From positions 1-64,000 of the forward strand of contig CDMY01000490.1 of NCBI GenBank assembly GCA_001179505.1: a stretch of DNA of 64,000 nucleotides, given 5' to 3'. The DNA comes from Vitrella brassicaformis CCMP3155 (taxonomy: Eukaryota; Protista; Chromerida). A model generated the notes under the pieces. It was not told the origin of the DNA. It did not search any database and saw only the letters and a list, made by a program, of their open reading frames with translations. The position numbers and the translations under genes were made by a program. Positions 12,355 to 24,255 of this stretch are shown here, in pieces. Position 1 is the stretch's first letter. Every line of letters starts with the position of its first letter.

Positions 12355-15300
12355 GACACCGAGAGCCACGGCGGTTACGTGAGTGCATCGCTGGTCAAGG
12401 GCGAATCGCATGTGCCCCGCCCCCTCCACCCCCACCACTCCCACCCGCCTCACCCATCGGACGTCCACAACAGTTGGGATGAGGTCATGATGGGGGGTGA
12501 CGAGGAGGAGGAGGAGACCATGGAGAGCCGGGGAGAGGGGGACGGGGGAGAGGGGGGAGAGGGCGACGAGCAACACCCGCAGCACGGCAGCAGCAGGGAC
12601 GAGGCGCAGATCGTCATGGACGCCGAGAGCGCTCTGCAGAGGTACTACGGATGGGCGGAGAGTGGGTGGGGTGCGTGGTGTGACATGTGCCTGTCGTGTC
12701 CATTTATTTCTCTTTCTGTGTTTTTGTTTGCTTGTGTATGTGATGTGATGTGCAGTGTGTGTGGGAGAGGTGGTGTGAAGGATATGAATGCAGCGACACA
12801 CCATGCACACACACTCATCAAGATGGCCAGGGAGGCGGAAACGGTCAGTCAGCAAGCAAAGCAACCAAGCAAACAAGACTGCCTCAGGTCTGTGTGCCTA
12901 TGTGTGTGTGTGTGCATTCGTCATTCAGGTGGGCTGCCGCACTGAGTCTCTGCGGTGCCTGGTGCAGTACATCCAGGCCATCCCAGCCGCATACAACGAC
13001 ACTGCCGAGGCCCTATTCGCTAGCTGCAAAGACACAGACCAACAGGCAGGCAACCACCACACACACACCGACGAACGAACATCCGGACATCCATCCTTCC
13101 CGTACTGCGGTCTGTGTTTCAGGTGTCCGACTACGCCACGAGCCTGCTGCCGTGTCTGTGCACCACTGCGCCCTCTGACGAGTGCCGCCGACGCGTGCTC
13201 GACTTCACTCTGGGAGTTTACCATCAGCAGTGTCGCCATGTGAGCGGTGTCGGTGAGGGGGCAGCGGGGCAGGACGTGTGCGACCTGCCCGTCACATCTG
13301 CGCTCGCACAAATCGCATACCAGTTCCCACAGGGTAACTGAACTGACAGACGAACTCGGCTGGAATGCTTCACGGATGGATGGATGGATGGTCAGAGTGT
13401 CTTGACGGCCTGGTTGACACGAGTGTCATGGCGGCATTTGGCGCGTCGACGGCCGCTGTGAATGCGCACTTCATCAGCAGACAGGTAAGTAGGTCGGTCG
13501 GTCCGCCAAACAAGCTCTTGGTGGCCCACCCCGTCTGTATAAGTGTGTGTGTGTGTGTGTCTGTGTGTGGTGCAGTGGCTGGCCTACGAGCAGCGTCACC
13601 CACTCACCGGCACCGTGAGCGGGCGAGACCTGCACGAACGGCGCATACAACACGCGGAGATCATCCTGCAGCAGGTCGGTGGCGGTGCGGTGGGCGTCAC
13701 TGCTTCACGGCTCATCTAATCTTATCCAATCATCATTCTTTTCTTTGTGCTGTGTCATGAACGTGACGTGTGCAGTTGGCGTCAGCGGACCATCCCGAGT
13801 TGACCGAGAGCATATCGGCTCTGCACCAGTGCTGGGTGGCCCTCTACGCAGCTCACATTCCCACGCAGACACAGCACCCTGAAGACACAGACAGGGACAA
13901 TGGTACATACGGACCAGAGAGAAACCGACACACACACACACACACGCACACACAGGGCGATGCATGCTCATGGGCATGAACCTACCTTGGTTTGTGTGTT
14001 GTAGGTGAGTATGGCGATAGTGCCGAGGGTTTGGTGGCAGATAGTGTGGGTGGCGAGGCGAGCAAGGAGATGGCCGAGGGGGATGAAGAGGGGGAGATTG
14101 AGGTGGGCCCGGCCCGCTATACACAACACACACGGCGAGAGAGAGAGCGACGCGACACGTGTGGCATGGGTTGGTTATTCATGTGTGCCATATTATCAAA
14201 TTATCAATCAGGAGGACGAAATCCCGTATGAGCGGCTCCCCGACCACAACTCGCCAAATGGTGACAGCACAGCACAGCACAGCACAGCACACAACACACC
14301 AAATGGAAAGACCTGTGTTGCAATGCAATTGTGTCCCGTATGTTGCGTTGCGTGTGGTGTGTGTGGTATCATCTAACATCAGTGTGTGTGTTCATTTTCA
14401 ACCTGGAGCCGTCGATGGACCCCACGGAGCTCCGCACACGCCTCGAGCGGTACGGCGACATCGCCGCCATGGAGCCCTCGTCAACCAAACCCACGAGAGT
14501 CCAATTCAAACGCATCGAAGACGCCAAGGTGGGTGGGTTGATTACCATACCAGTAGACTCACTCACAGAGAGAGAGGGGCACCGCATGGCATGCATTTGT
14601 CATCTCATCCATCCATCAGTCGGCGAAGCGAGGTCTCGATGGCAAGAAGGTGGGCAACCGCGTGCTGCAAGTGCTGTTCGCCAACCTGGACGGCTCCTGC
14701 CCTGGCACCACACCACCACCGCCCACATCCACACCCGAACACCCACACAACATCATGCCGCCCAACCCCCATTGTGGCCCCTTCCCGCCCCCTCTGCTCC
14801 CGATGTCTCTGCCCCCACTCGCTCGCCCTCCGATGGGCTTGCCCCCGCCGCCGCCGGCGGCCGTCTTTCCTCCGCCACCGATGGTGTCCCCATTGCCCCC
14901 TTTGCTGCCAATGGTGAGGCCCGCTCACCTCATGCCGATTGTTGGTGTGGACTTGGGCGTGGATGCCGTCAAGGGGCTGCTGGGACCGAAGCCGCCCGAT
15001 GAGGCGATCGGAGGGCGAGGGGAAGGGGGAGAGGGAGATGGGGACAGAGAGCTGGGGGCCATGAAGGTCGGCGATGAAGGTCGGTGAGAAACAGGAGCCA
15101 GCCAGCGATCCTGATGTACATCTTTCTCTCCCCCCCCTGTCTGTCTGTGTGCGTGTGTCGATCAGAGAGAGCGCCACGTGACGACATGGCAATTGAGAGG
15201 CCCCTCTCCGTCGACGGCTCTGCCAGCGCCCCACGCGAGCACCCAGAGGACGACCACACGCCCCCTGACACCAACAACAAGATGGACACCACCATTGCCA

Positions 15301-18300
15301 CCACCAGTAATAGCAAACCAGACACAGACGCGCTTCCTCTCCCCCACACCGTCCCCCTCCCAGAGCGCGTCAAGACCGCCGCTCAGCAGGAGGGCCACAG
15401 ACACGTCTTCGGTGGTCGCAAGCGCCTAGGTGACAACGCCAAGGACGACAAGCGAGCAGCGGCATCCTCACGCTCATCTCGCGACTCGCCCCCGCGTCGT
15501 GACATCACCCCTGACTGCGACCGTGGTGGGAACAAGCGTGGCTTCCACGCCACCCTGACAGGCGGCAGTGGCAGCGACCGCCCCAATGGGACTGCAGCGA
15601 GCCACCATCAGCAGCAGAATGGCCGTGAGCAGGGCAGAGATGACAGGGGAGCTGGTGGGCGGGACGGAAGGGATGACCGCAATGGGCGACGGGAGAGACG
15701 GGACGATCGGGACGACCGGGACGACAGCGGCAGCAGGGACCGAGACAGAGACAGGAGGGGCCGTGACCGCGGCGAGAGGGACAGGGAGAGGGAGAGGGAC
15801 AGGCCACGAAGGCGGTATGTGAGCAATTTGGTGTCGCAATGGCGAGAGGGGGGCGACATTCGCGAGCAGATGGAGGAGTACAAGCGAATGAGGGAGGGCA
15901 AGAACCTCCACAACCGGTACGGTACGCGAGTCACTCACTTACAGTGAGTGCAGTGAATGGGATGTGTTTGCTCTTCATGCCTGCCATGCCAGTAGGGATG
16001 TGTGTGTGTGTGTGTGTGTGTGTGCAGCTATGTGCTGATTGACGACCTGCCGTCGTTCTGGAGGGACAGGCCAGAAGCCCTCCATCGATACATCAGATCC
16101 CAAATCGCCGAAGTTGTCGACGTGAGCAAAGCGAGATAGATAGATCAGACAGATCAGCAGCCGCACACGCACACATGAAGGAAGGCAGCACAGAGCAGAG
16201 CCACGTATGCATCAGCTCGTGTGCGTCTGTGCGTGTCTGTGTGTCTGTGTGCTGGGCTTGCGCGCAGGTGACCATAGTAGAGGACCGCGATGGCACGCTC
16301 GCCGCCCACGTGTCGTTCAAAGTCATCAAGGCGGCCATCGAAGCATGCACACGACTCAGAGAGGTAGGTACCAGCCCACCTTGGCAGCCAACCACCATGC
16401 GCACGCACATCACACCATGGAAAAGTGTGTGGTGGTGGTGTGTGTGTGTGGGTGTGTGGGTGTGTGCAGCTGCCGTGCAGCGACGAGCGCAACGCGCGCA
16501 AAGTGAGGGTGCGGATCGAATTCGCTCCGCCGATCAAGGCAAACCACACACTGTGGTTCGGCAACCTCATGGGTACCCCCTTGACCCCACGACACACACA
16601 CACACACACATATATATATGGGTAGATGGACCGATGGCTGTGTGTGTGTGTGTGTGTGTTCGCACATCCATCAGAGTTCCGCCGTGATCAGTTCCACGAC
16701 GTGTACGGGTGGGTAGAGGGGTACGGCGACCCCGTGTACGTGCGGAGCATCAGTGAGCGCAACTGCGCCTTTGTCAAGATGGGCAGCAAGGAGGAGGCCA
16801 TCCAAGTCAGAAACCACCTCTACGGATTCCAATTCGGGTCAGACACTCAGACATGGCAGGCAGAGATGGCAGCACATGCACAACGGCCAACTGACTGACA
16901 CCTGTGTGTGTGTGTGTGTGTATATGTGTGTGTTGCTGTCTGCAGTGTGACTCCCAGTCAGTGTTTGAATGTCGACTTCGTCGACCAGGGCACAGAACCA
17001 AACAACCCGGGAGGTTAGCCAGCCGAGATGGATGACCACAATGACCACAAATAATGACCACACTCACGCACCCAACCCACCCACATCTGCCCTCTCTCTC
17101 TCTCCATCTCTCTCTCTCTCTCTCTCTCCCTCCAGCAGTGGGTGCTGGCTGGATCTACATCCGCGACGTCAACAGGCAGCCCCATTCCCATCCCTATCCC
17201 CCGCCCCGGGCCAGCAGCAGCAAGCGTGGGCGCTCCCGGAGCTCCTCACACGACTCCAGGGACAAGAGGAGGCGCATTTCAGCCGCGGCAGCAGCAAGTG
17301 GGGGAAGACACGAACGACACGAGCGGCAGGAGCGACAGGAGCGTGAGCGGCCGGAGCGTCCTCCGGAGCGGCTGTCAGATCGTCAGGAACGGCTGCCGCC
17401 CCCCCGCACCCCCACGCCCACGCCCACGCCACAGCAGCCGGTGGAAGGCGCACCGGTTCCCAGAGAGGTCAGGATGCTTCTGACACGAGGCAGGGGAGAG
17501 AGGGGCAAGATATATGGGTTTCTTGGTGTCTGATTGCGTGTGTGTGTGTGTGTGTGTGGCAATGTCAGTTCAAGGGTCCTTTCGCTCTGCTGCTGACAAA
17601 CCTGCCCTATGACGCCGACAGGAAGGAAATCGACGACTTCTTCAGGCCATACGCAGTCAGTAGCCAACACAGACCCACAGACACACACATGGGTGGATGC
17701 GTCTCTCTCTCCGTCTGTGCGCTGGTGTGTGGATGGATGGCATGGCTGGGTGCGGTGCAGCCGACGTCGATAAGGATAGAGAAGCTCTCGCGGTCCAGCC
17801 GAGGCGTCCTGTCGCCCACCGGCCGCTGCACCGTGGAATTCAAAAACCGGCGCGACTTCGATGGCGCGTGGCACTATGACGGACGGGTAACGTATATGAC
17901 ACCGCCGCCCCCCCAACCACGCATCACGAAATGTATGTGTGTGTTTCCGTCATTTAGAGGTTGATGGGTCGCGAGATCAGCGTCCAGCTGGCAGAGGAGA
18001 TCTCCGGCTTCAGACAGGTGCCCGGAGGGTCGCACAAGGGCAGCGGCAGCGGCAGGGCCAGCAGTGGTGGTGGCGCCCCACACCCACAGAAGCCGACAAG
18101 CAGCGTTCGAGACAGAGACAGAGACAGAGACAGAGAGAGAGACATGGGTGGAGACAGAGACAGAGCAGCCGCCTACAGTGAGCTCCACAACGCCCACCAC
18201 CTCATCTATCCGTCCATCCCACTTCGCTGTCTGTCTCCTTTATCCATCAGACGGCCGCGAGGCCCCCCTTCGCCGTGAGAGCGACCTCAGCAGTCGTGAT

Positions 18301-19241
18301 CGAGATCGAGATCTGGAGCGCTCCCGTGAGGCTCTCCCACGTGACCGTCGACCAACCACCGATAGACAAAGGGAGAGGGAGAGGGAGAGGGAGAGGCCTG
18401 CTGGTGTGGGCATGGGTGTGGGCGTGGGTGTGGTTGAGAGGGAGGGGAGGGAGAAGCGTATAGTGTTGGGCGACCGCAAGCCGTCCGAGGCGATGCACCT
18501 GGCCATCTACAAGCAGGAGGTGCACACGTGTGACGTGACGGCACGATATGTCAGGGGAAACATCGACATCAAACCGTGAGTGGGCAAACACTCAGACGGA
18601 CGGACGAAGGGAAGTTTTGGGGCAGGGAATACACGCCTGTGTGTGGTTGTGGTTGTGGTTGTGGTTGTGGTGGTTTGTGTGGTGTGCAGTATGCTGCGTG
18701 TGGAGCTGAAGCAGCGAGTGACGGCGGACAGCGTGCGGCAGCACATCACACGACAGGCCAAACAGCACTCCGTATGGCACGCCGTACCCGGTGGGTGTGT
18801 ATGCCAAACCGACACACCACAAAATAACACACCCACATGCACAGACACACACACACAATGGATTCTCCCTCTCTCTCTCTCTCTGTGTGTGTGTGTGCGT
18901 GTGTGTGTATGTGTGTTCGTTCAGACTCGGATAGCGACCGTCATGGGTGTGAGGAGCTCTCCGCATACTTTGTGCAGAAGGGCAGAGTGGGGCTCGCCGA
19001 GGTCTGCACACACGCACACACATGCGCACGCCGGCCACTGTTCGTGTGTGTGGTGTGTTGTGGTGTGATGGGGGGTTGTGCAGACGAACGAGATGTCTTT
19101 GTACTTCGTCCCGCCTCACGACGCCTTCATCAAGGACATCGGGGTACCCACAGCACAGCACACTGACTGACACACACACACAGATCCGAGATGAGATGAG
19201 ATGCCTCTCTCTCTTATGTATGTCTGCACACACACGTGACG

Positions 19242-19274
<33 letters not shown>

Positions 19275-19327
19275 AGCTATCCTTCTCCAAGCACGTGACG
19301 GTCATAGCGGCTGTCAATGACGAGTGA
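12355..19327 (+). CDS. Large multi-exon RNA-binding protein with several RRMs, RS/RD-rich regions and a C-terminal SPOC-like domain (Spen/RBM15/FPA-like); 5' end uncertain
   Basis: RRM-like exons include VFIFNLEPSMDPTELRTRLERYGDI, LWFGNLM...NCAFVKMGSKEEAIQ and LLLTNLPYDADRKEIDDFF...CTVEFKN. The C-terminal exons MLRVELKQRV, LSAYFVQKGRVGLAE and LYFVPPHDAF resemble SPOC. Stop at 19327. Confidence 0.7.
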
Positions 19328-19801
19328 GTGACGGCGTATAGGCCCCATCCACATGTGCGGTGCTGCACGGATTTTTGCCGACGGCGAGACAAGACGGCCC
19401 TGTGTGTGTGAGTGCGTTTGATGGGTGGGGTGGGATGCATGAGATTTCCAAGGGATAATTATGAAACAAAGGGGTAGCTGAGCTGCTTCAGTCAGTACAT
19501 AAGGCTCTCTGCAGGCGGCCAGGCTTGTCTGTCCGTATGTCTTGCTGGATGGATGGATGGATTTACTATAGGCGCACACAGACACGCCCACGCTCTCACA
19601 CACACGTGTGCCATCGATCGCATCCCACCCCTGCCTGCTTTGCTTGCATCTGATCTCGTGCGACACTTGAATTAGTTGGAGGTCCACACCGATGGATGGA
19701 CACACCGATGGATGCATGGATGGGTGGATGGACCCCATTATGACGTTTTCGTGGTTTGCTTGCAACTTTCACAACAGCACGGATGGACGCGTCATGTCCT
19801 G

Positions 19802-20859
19802 TCATGTCCTGAGTCTGTTGGCCTTTGCAGCCGACTTCCTCCTGTGCTCTAGCTTGCTGAGCCACTGTAGGTTCTCTGCGGTGTTGTTGGTCTTGTCGCC
19901 GTCAACATGGTGCACCTCCAGATCCCTCTCCTCATGGCCCTTCTGCAGTAGCTCTCGCAGCTGTCGATGCTGCCACACGAGAGCCACAAGGCGGTGAACC
20001 TGGTGCATACGCGACTGCATGGACACACCAGGACACAGAATTAACAGGCCGGTCGGTACAACGAGGGAGGGCTAACCTGGAGCTGTATCCTGCGATAGCC
20101 GAGAGACGTCAAGCAGCCCAGAGTCACCCTCCCGTTGGTGTGCCGAACCCTGCCCTTGTTCGACACCATGGGCGCCTTCCCCCTCTCATCCCTCAGAAAC
20201 GGTATGCTGCGGAACGCCTCGCCCTCCTCGTTGGTCTCTTGCCGCGCCAGCTGAAACGTCCACTTGGCCAGGCTGCGATAGGCGAAACGGTCGGTCGTGA
20301 AGATGATGGACCGGAAGAGCTTGACGGGGAGGTCGAAATGCCGTGCCGCAAGCGTCACGCTGCGAAAGGTATGCCTGGTGCCGTCCTCCTTCGAAACAGC
20401 CGTGATTCCTCTCGCCGTCGCCATCAGAGGGCGGGGCCGCGGTATGTCCAACTGAGCCGTCTTCCTGGCGTGATCCCCCGCCGACAGCCACCGCAGGTTC
20501 TCCACCCGGTTGTTGGCCTTGCAGTTGTCCTTGTGGTCCACCTGGATCAGCGCACCCGGCTGCTCCTGCTGCAGGCGACCTTTCTCGTCCGCCAAGAAGG
20601 TCTCTGCTATAAGTCGGTGGACGAGGTAGTGCTTGCGCATGATGGAGACCTGTAGGTAGCCGTCTGCGCGCGCCTTTCCGGCTGTGGGGAACCTGCTGCT
20701 GCGGTGGTGAATGCGGCCGTGGGTGGATGCGCTGGCGCCATTTTTGCACAGTCCATCGAATGAAGGGATTTTTCGCCACTCCTCCGCCAGGCGACTGAAG
20801 AAACGAAGTCCAAAACGCATTTCGGCGTTCGTTAGATTGTTTTTGTCGAGACGTTTCAT
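19802..20859 (-). CDS. Tandem NUMOD4-HNH homing-endonuclease-like protein with a central NUMOD1/IENR1-like segment; two exons
   Basis: Motifs EEWRKIPSFDGL...STHGRI, GYLQVSI..KHYLVHRLIAETF...VDHKDNCKANNRVENLRW, RHTFRSVTLAARHF, MVSNKGRVR...GYRRIQL and VHRLVALVW...VHHVDGDKTNNTAENLQWLS. A phase-0 GT-AG intron (20076-20015) joins the two ORFs in frame. Confidence 0.88.
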
Positions 20860-20996
20860 TCGGTACCGTGTGGTCGGCCATCAATAGTTGCCCCCGCATC
20901 CGTGGCGCAACGTGGCCGCATAGGGAGCCTTGCATGTGCAATCAGCCGACGCTTACATTTTACTTGCCGGTAGAGGTGGCGGGCAGCAAAAGTATG

Positions 20997-21013
20997 CACA
21001 CGTCCATCAAGTG
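20997..21013 (+). repeat. Target-site duplication, left copy (CACACGTCCATCAAGTG)
   Basis: An identical 17-mer at 24239-24255 flanks the other side of the retroelement. Confidence 0.9.
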
Positions 21014-24000
21014 GTCGAATTGATTGATTGAATGGATGACACACTGCCTCTATATAGCGCAACGGCAGGCAGAGTCTGTCGGTCTCTCATGAAACGAACT
21101 GTGTCAACGTCGACCGACCCTCAATCATGCGACAAACATACCAGCACCATCCTCAGCGCCCGCCTAGTGTATCTTCCAGCGGCGCCGCCCACCACGCACA
21201 CACATACTCGCACTACGTGCCAACGCAATAGACAGACGAGCACGAACCCATCCCATCACCTGGCCATACGACTTGTCTGCCCACGCAGCCTTGGTGCGCA
21301 GCTTCTCAACCAGGCGGCTGAAAAAACCGTTGGCCTCTCTGCCCCACACACCATCCACCGTGACGCACCACACACGGCTGTGGTGGGCCTTCTTGGTCTT
21401 GGCCTTGCTCTTGAGGATGGAGGCGGTGGATTGCTTGCGGTAGGACGGTGCGTCAGCGTTCGTCACGCATACGTCGAACGACACGTCCTTCTGCCTCTCC
21501 CACACCCCTATCACCACCATGTCCGTCCGCACCCCCTTTTCCCCCTCCTCCTCGGGCTCCACGATCACCACCTCCTTCCTGACCGCCGACTCACCCCAAG
21601 CCTTGGCAGAAAGGTCGCACAGCACGTCCACCACCTCGTTGTGCCGCCGAATCACCAACCCACCCACCCCACAGTTGAGGGCGTGGTCAAGCGAGTATGC
21701 AGCCCCGCAGCCGTCGCAGTGGGTGGGCATCTTGGGAGGCTCGTAGGCGTATCGGATGGCCATGTTGTCGCGGAACTCGTCAGGCGTCAGGTCGGTGTGG
21801 TCCTCTGCGTCAGGGCGGCAAGTCACCCACCCGGCCGTCTTGGCCTCGATCGCCCGGTGGACCGCCCGTCGTCTCTCTGGGGGCAGCTGCTGGAGGCCGT
21901 CCTCGAAGCGCTCCTTGGCTGCCTCATCGGTCGCCCGCCGCCCCTCCTTGACCACTTGCTGCATCTCGGCGCGGTGCTGGAAGGGGTTGAATGGAGGGCC
22001 GTCGGGTGGGTCGCCGTTCTGGATGGTGGACACCAGCAGGGAGGTGCCCTTGGTGGACGTCTTGTATGCCGCCGCCACTCGCTCCGTCGGGTCCCTCACC
22101 CCCATCCCCCCATGACGCGCAGGCAGCATCATCAGCTGGGCCTCAGTGGCGGTCACCGCATGGCTGGAGAGCTGGGTGAGGTAGTGGGTGAGGGCATATC
22201 GCAGCGGCTCGAATGTCGCCCGCTCCTCAGGCATCACCCGCATGAAGAAATCCCACTCGGCCTGCAGAGACGTTGTGAGTGCCGTGTGGGCTGCCTGCGG
22301 GTATCTGGCCGCTGCGTCCGCCATCCGGTTGACACACCGCTGCCACTCCTGCACCCTCTCGGTGGCGTAAGCCCGCTTGACCTCCGCGGTCCCCACAAAT
22401 CCCCCCATATATCGAGCACCACTCACAATCTCCACGTCGGTATCGCCAAACACCTCCCGCGCCCGCTCCTCGCAACCCGCCCGCACCACCAGCTTGGTCT
22501 TCTTGCCGTTGGGGTGGTAGCCCCTCAGTGGCCCTCTTCGCTGCAGCTCATTCCACCACTCGCGCACCGGCTAGAGGTCTCCCACCTTGGCGGAGTCGTC
22601 GGCAAACCATGCCTGAGGGCCCTCCTCTGCTGGCCGCTTCATCTCCCACACGAGCGGAAGGGTGGCCACAGAGTAGAAGAGGGAGGCCAAGGGATCGCCT
22701 TGTGTGGTCCCTTCTCGGCTCCACAGCGGCGCGGACTGGTCGCGCNNNNNNNNNNNNNNNNNNNNNNNNNNNNNNNNNNNNNNNNNNNNNNNNNNNNNNN
22801 NNNNNNNNNNNNNNNNNNNNNNNNNNNNNNNNNNNNNNNNNNNNNNNNNNNNNNNNNNNNNNNNNNNNNNNNNNNNNNNNNNNNNNNNNNNNNNNNNNNN
22901 NNNNNNNNNNNNNNNNNNNNNNNNNNNNNNNNNNNNNNNNNNNNNNNNNNNNNNNNNNNNNNNNNNNNNNNNNNNNNNNNNNNNNNNNNNNNNNNNNNNN
23001 NNNNNNNNNNNNNNNNNNNNNNNNNNNNNNNNNNNNNNNNNNNNNGCATGGCTGGAGAGCTGGGTGAGGTAGTGGGTGAGGGCATATCGCAGCGGCTCGA
23101 ATGTCGCCCGCTCCTCAGGCATCACCCGCATGAAGAAATCCCACTCGGCCTGCAGAGACGTTGTGAGTGCCGTGTGGGCTGCCTGCGGGTATCTGGCCGC
23201 TGCGTCCGCCATCCGGTTGACACACCGCTGCCACTCCTGCACCCTCTCGGCGGCGTAGGCCCGCTTGCCCTCCGCGGTCCCCACAAATCCCCCCATGTAT
23301 CGAGCACCACTCACAATCTCCACGTCGGTATCGCCAAACACCTCCTGCGCCCGCTCCTCGCAACCCGCCCGCACCACCAGCTTGGTCTTCTTGCCGTTGG
23401 AGTGGTAGCCCCTCAGTGGCCCTCTCCGCTGCGCTGCAGCTCATCCCACCACTCGCGCACCGGCTGGAGGCCTCCCACCTTGGCGGAGTCGTCGGCAAAC
23501 CATGCCTGAGGGCCCTCCTCTGCTGGCCGCTTCATCTCCCACACGAGCGGAAGGGTGGCCACAGAGTAGAAGAGGGAGGCCAAGGGGTCGCCTTGTGTGG
23601 TCCCTTCTCGCCTCCACAGCGGCGCGGATTGGTCGCGCATGTAGAGGGCCGCATGGCCGCGATAGGTGTTGAACAGGAAGCGTGAGTACCGCGGCCACAA
23701 AATGCGGACGTTCCACAGGGCGGCAGAGCGACTCATCTCGTTGAAGGCGTTGTCGCATCCACCAGGATCGCGCACTCAACGCCACCCGAGTCGAACTCGC
23801 CGGATACCGCATGAATGGCACCCTCCANNNNNNNNNNNNNNNNNNNNNNNNNNNNNNNNNNNNNNNNNNNNNNNNNNNNNNNNNNNNNNNNNNNNNNNNN
23901 NNNNNNNNNNNNNNNNNNNNNNNNNNNNNNNNNNNNNNNNNNNNNNNNNNNNNNNNNNNNNNNNNNNNNNNNNNNNNNNNNNNNNNNNNNNNNNNNNNNN

Positions 24001-24238
24001 NNNNNNNNNNNNNNNNNNNNNNNNNNNNNNNNNNNNNNNNNNNNNNNNNNNNNNNNNNNNNNNNNNNNNNNNNNNNNNNNNNNNNNNNNNNNNNNNNNNN
24101 NNNNNNNNNNNNNNNNNNNNNNNNNNNTGAAGACGTCGGAGGGCCAGCAGGGGGAGCGAGGGGTATGCCAGGAGGCGGGCGGTGGGGAGGCTCGGCGCCA
24201 CTGCAGAGGCAAGCATAGCAGAGACCCTTGCTGGAGGA
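21014..24238 (-). mobile_element. 5'-truncated, disrupted non-LTR retrotransposon, CRE-like clade (RT + CCHC + restriction-like endonuclease)
   Basis: RT motifs EGAIHA...LVDA.NAFN, GTTQGDPL and WFADD; zinc knuckle CDGC-x7-H-x3-C; RLE RHNEV...RTDMVV...DVCV. Short (TCAA)n 3' tail and 17-bp TSD. It contains a stop (22571) and frameshifts, and consists of three segments separated by N gaps. Confidence 0.9.
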
Positions 24239-24255
24239 CACACGTCCATCAAGTG
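24239..24255 (+). repeat. Target-site duplication, right copy
   Basis: Identical to 20997-21013. Confidence 0.9.

Noticed and set aside
21032-23509. 825-aa plus-strand ORF
   Set aside because: It is the antisense shadow of the GC-rich retrotransposon ORF and is extended artificially through an N gap.
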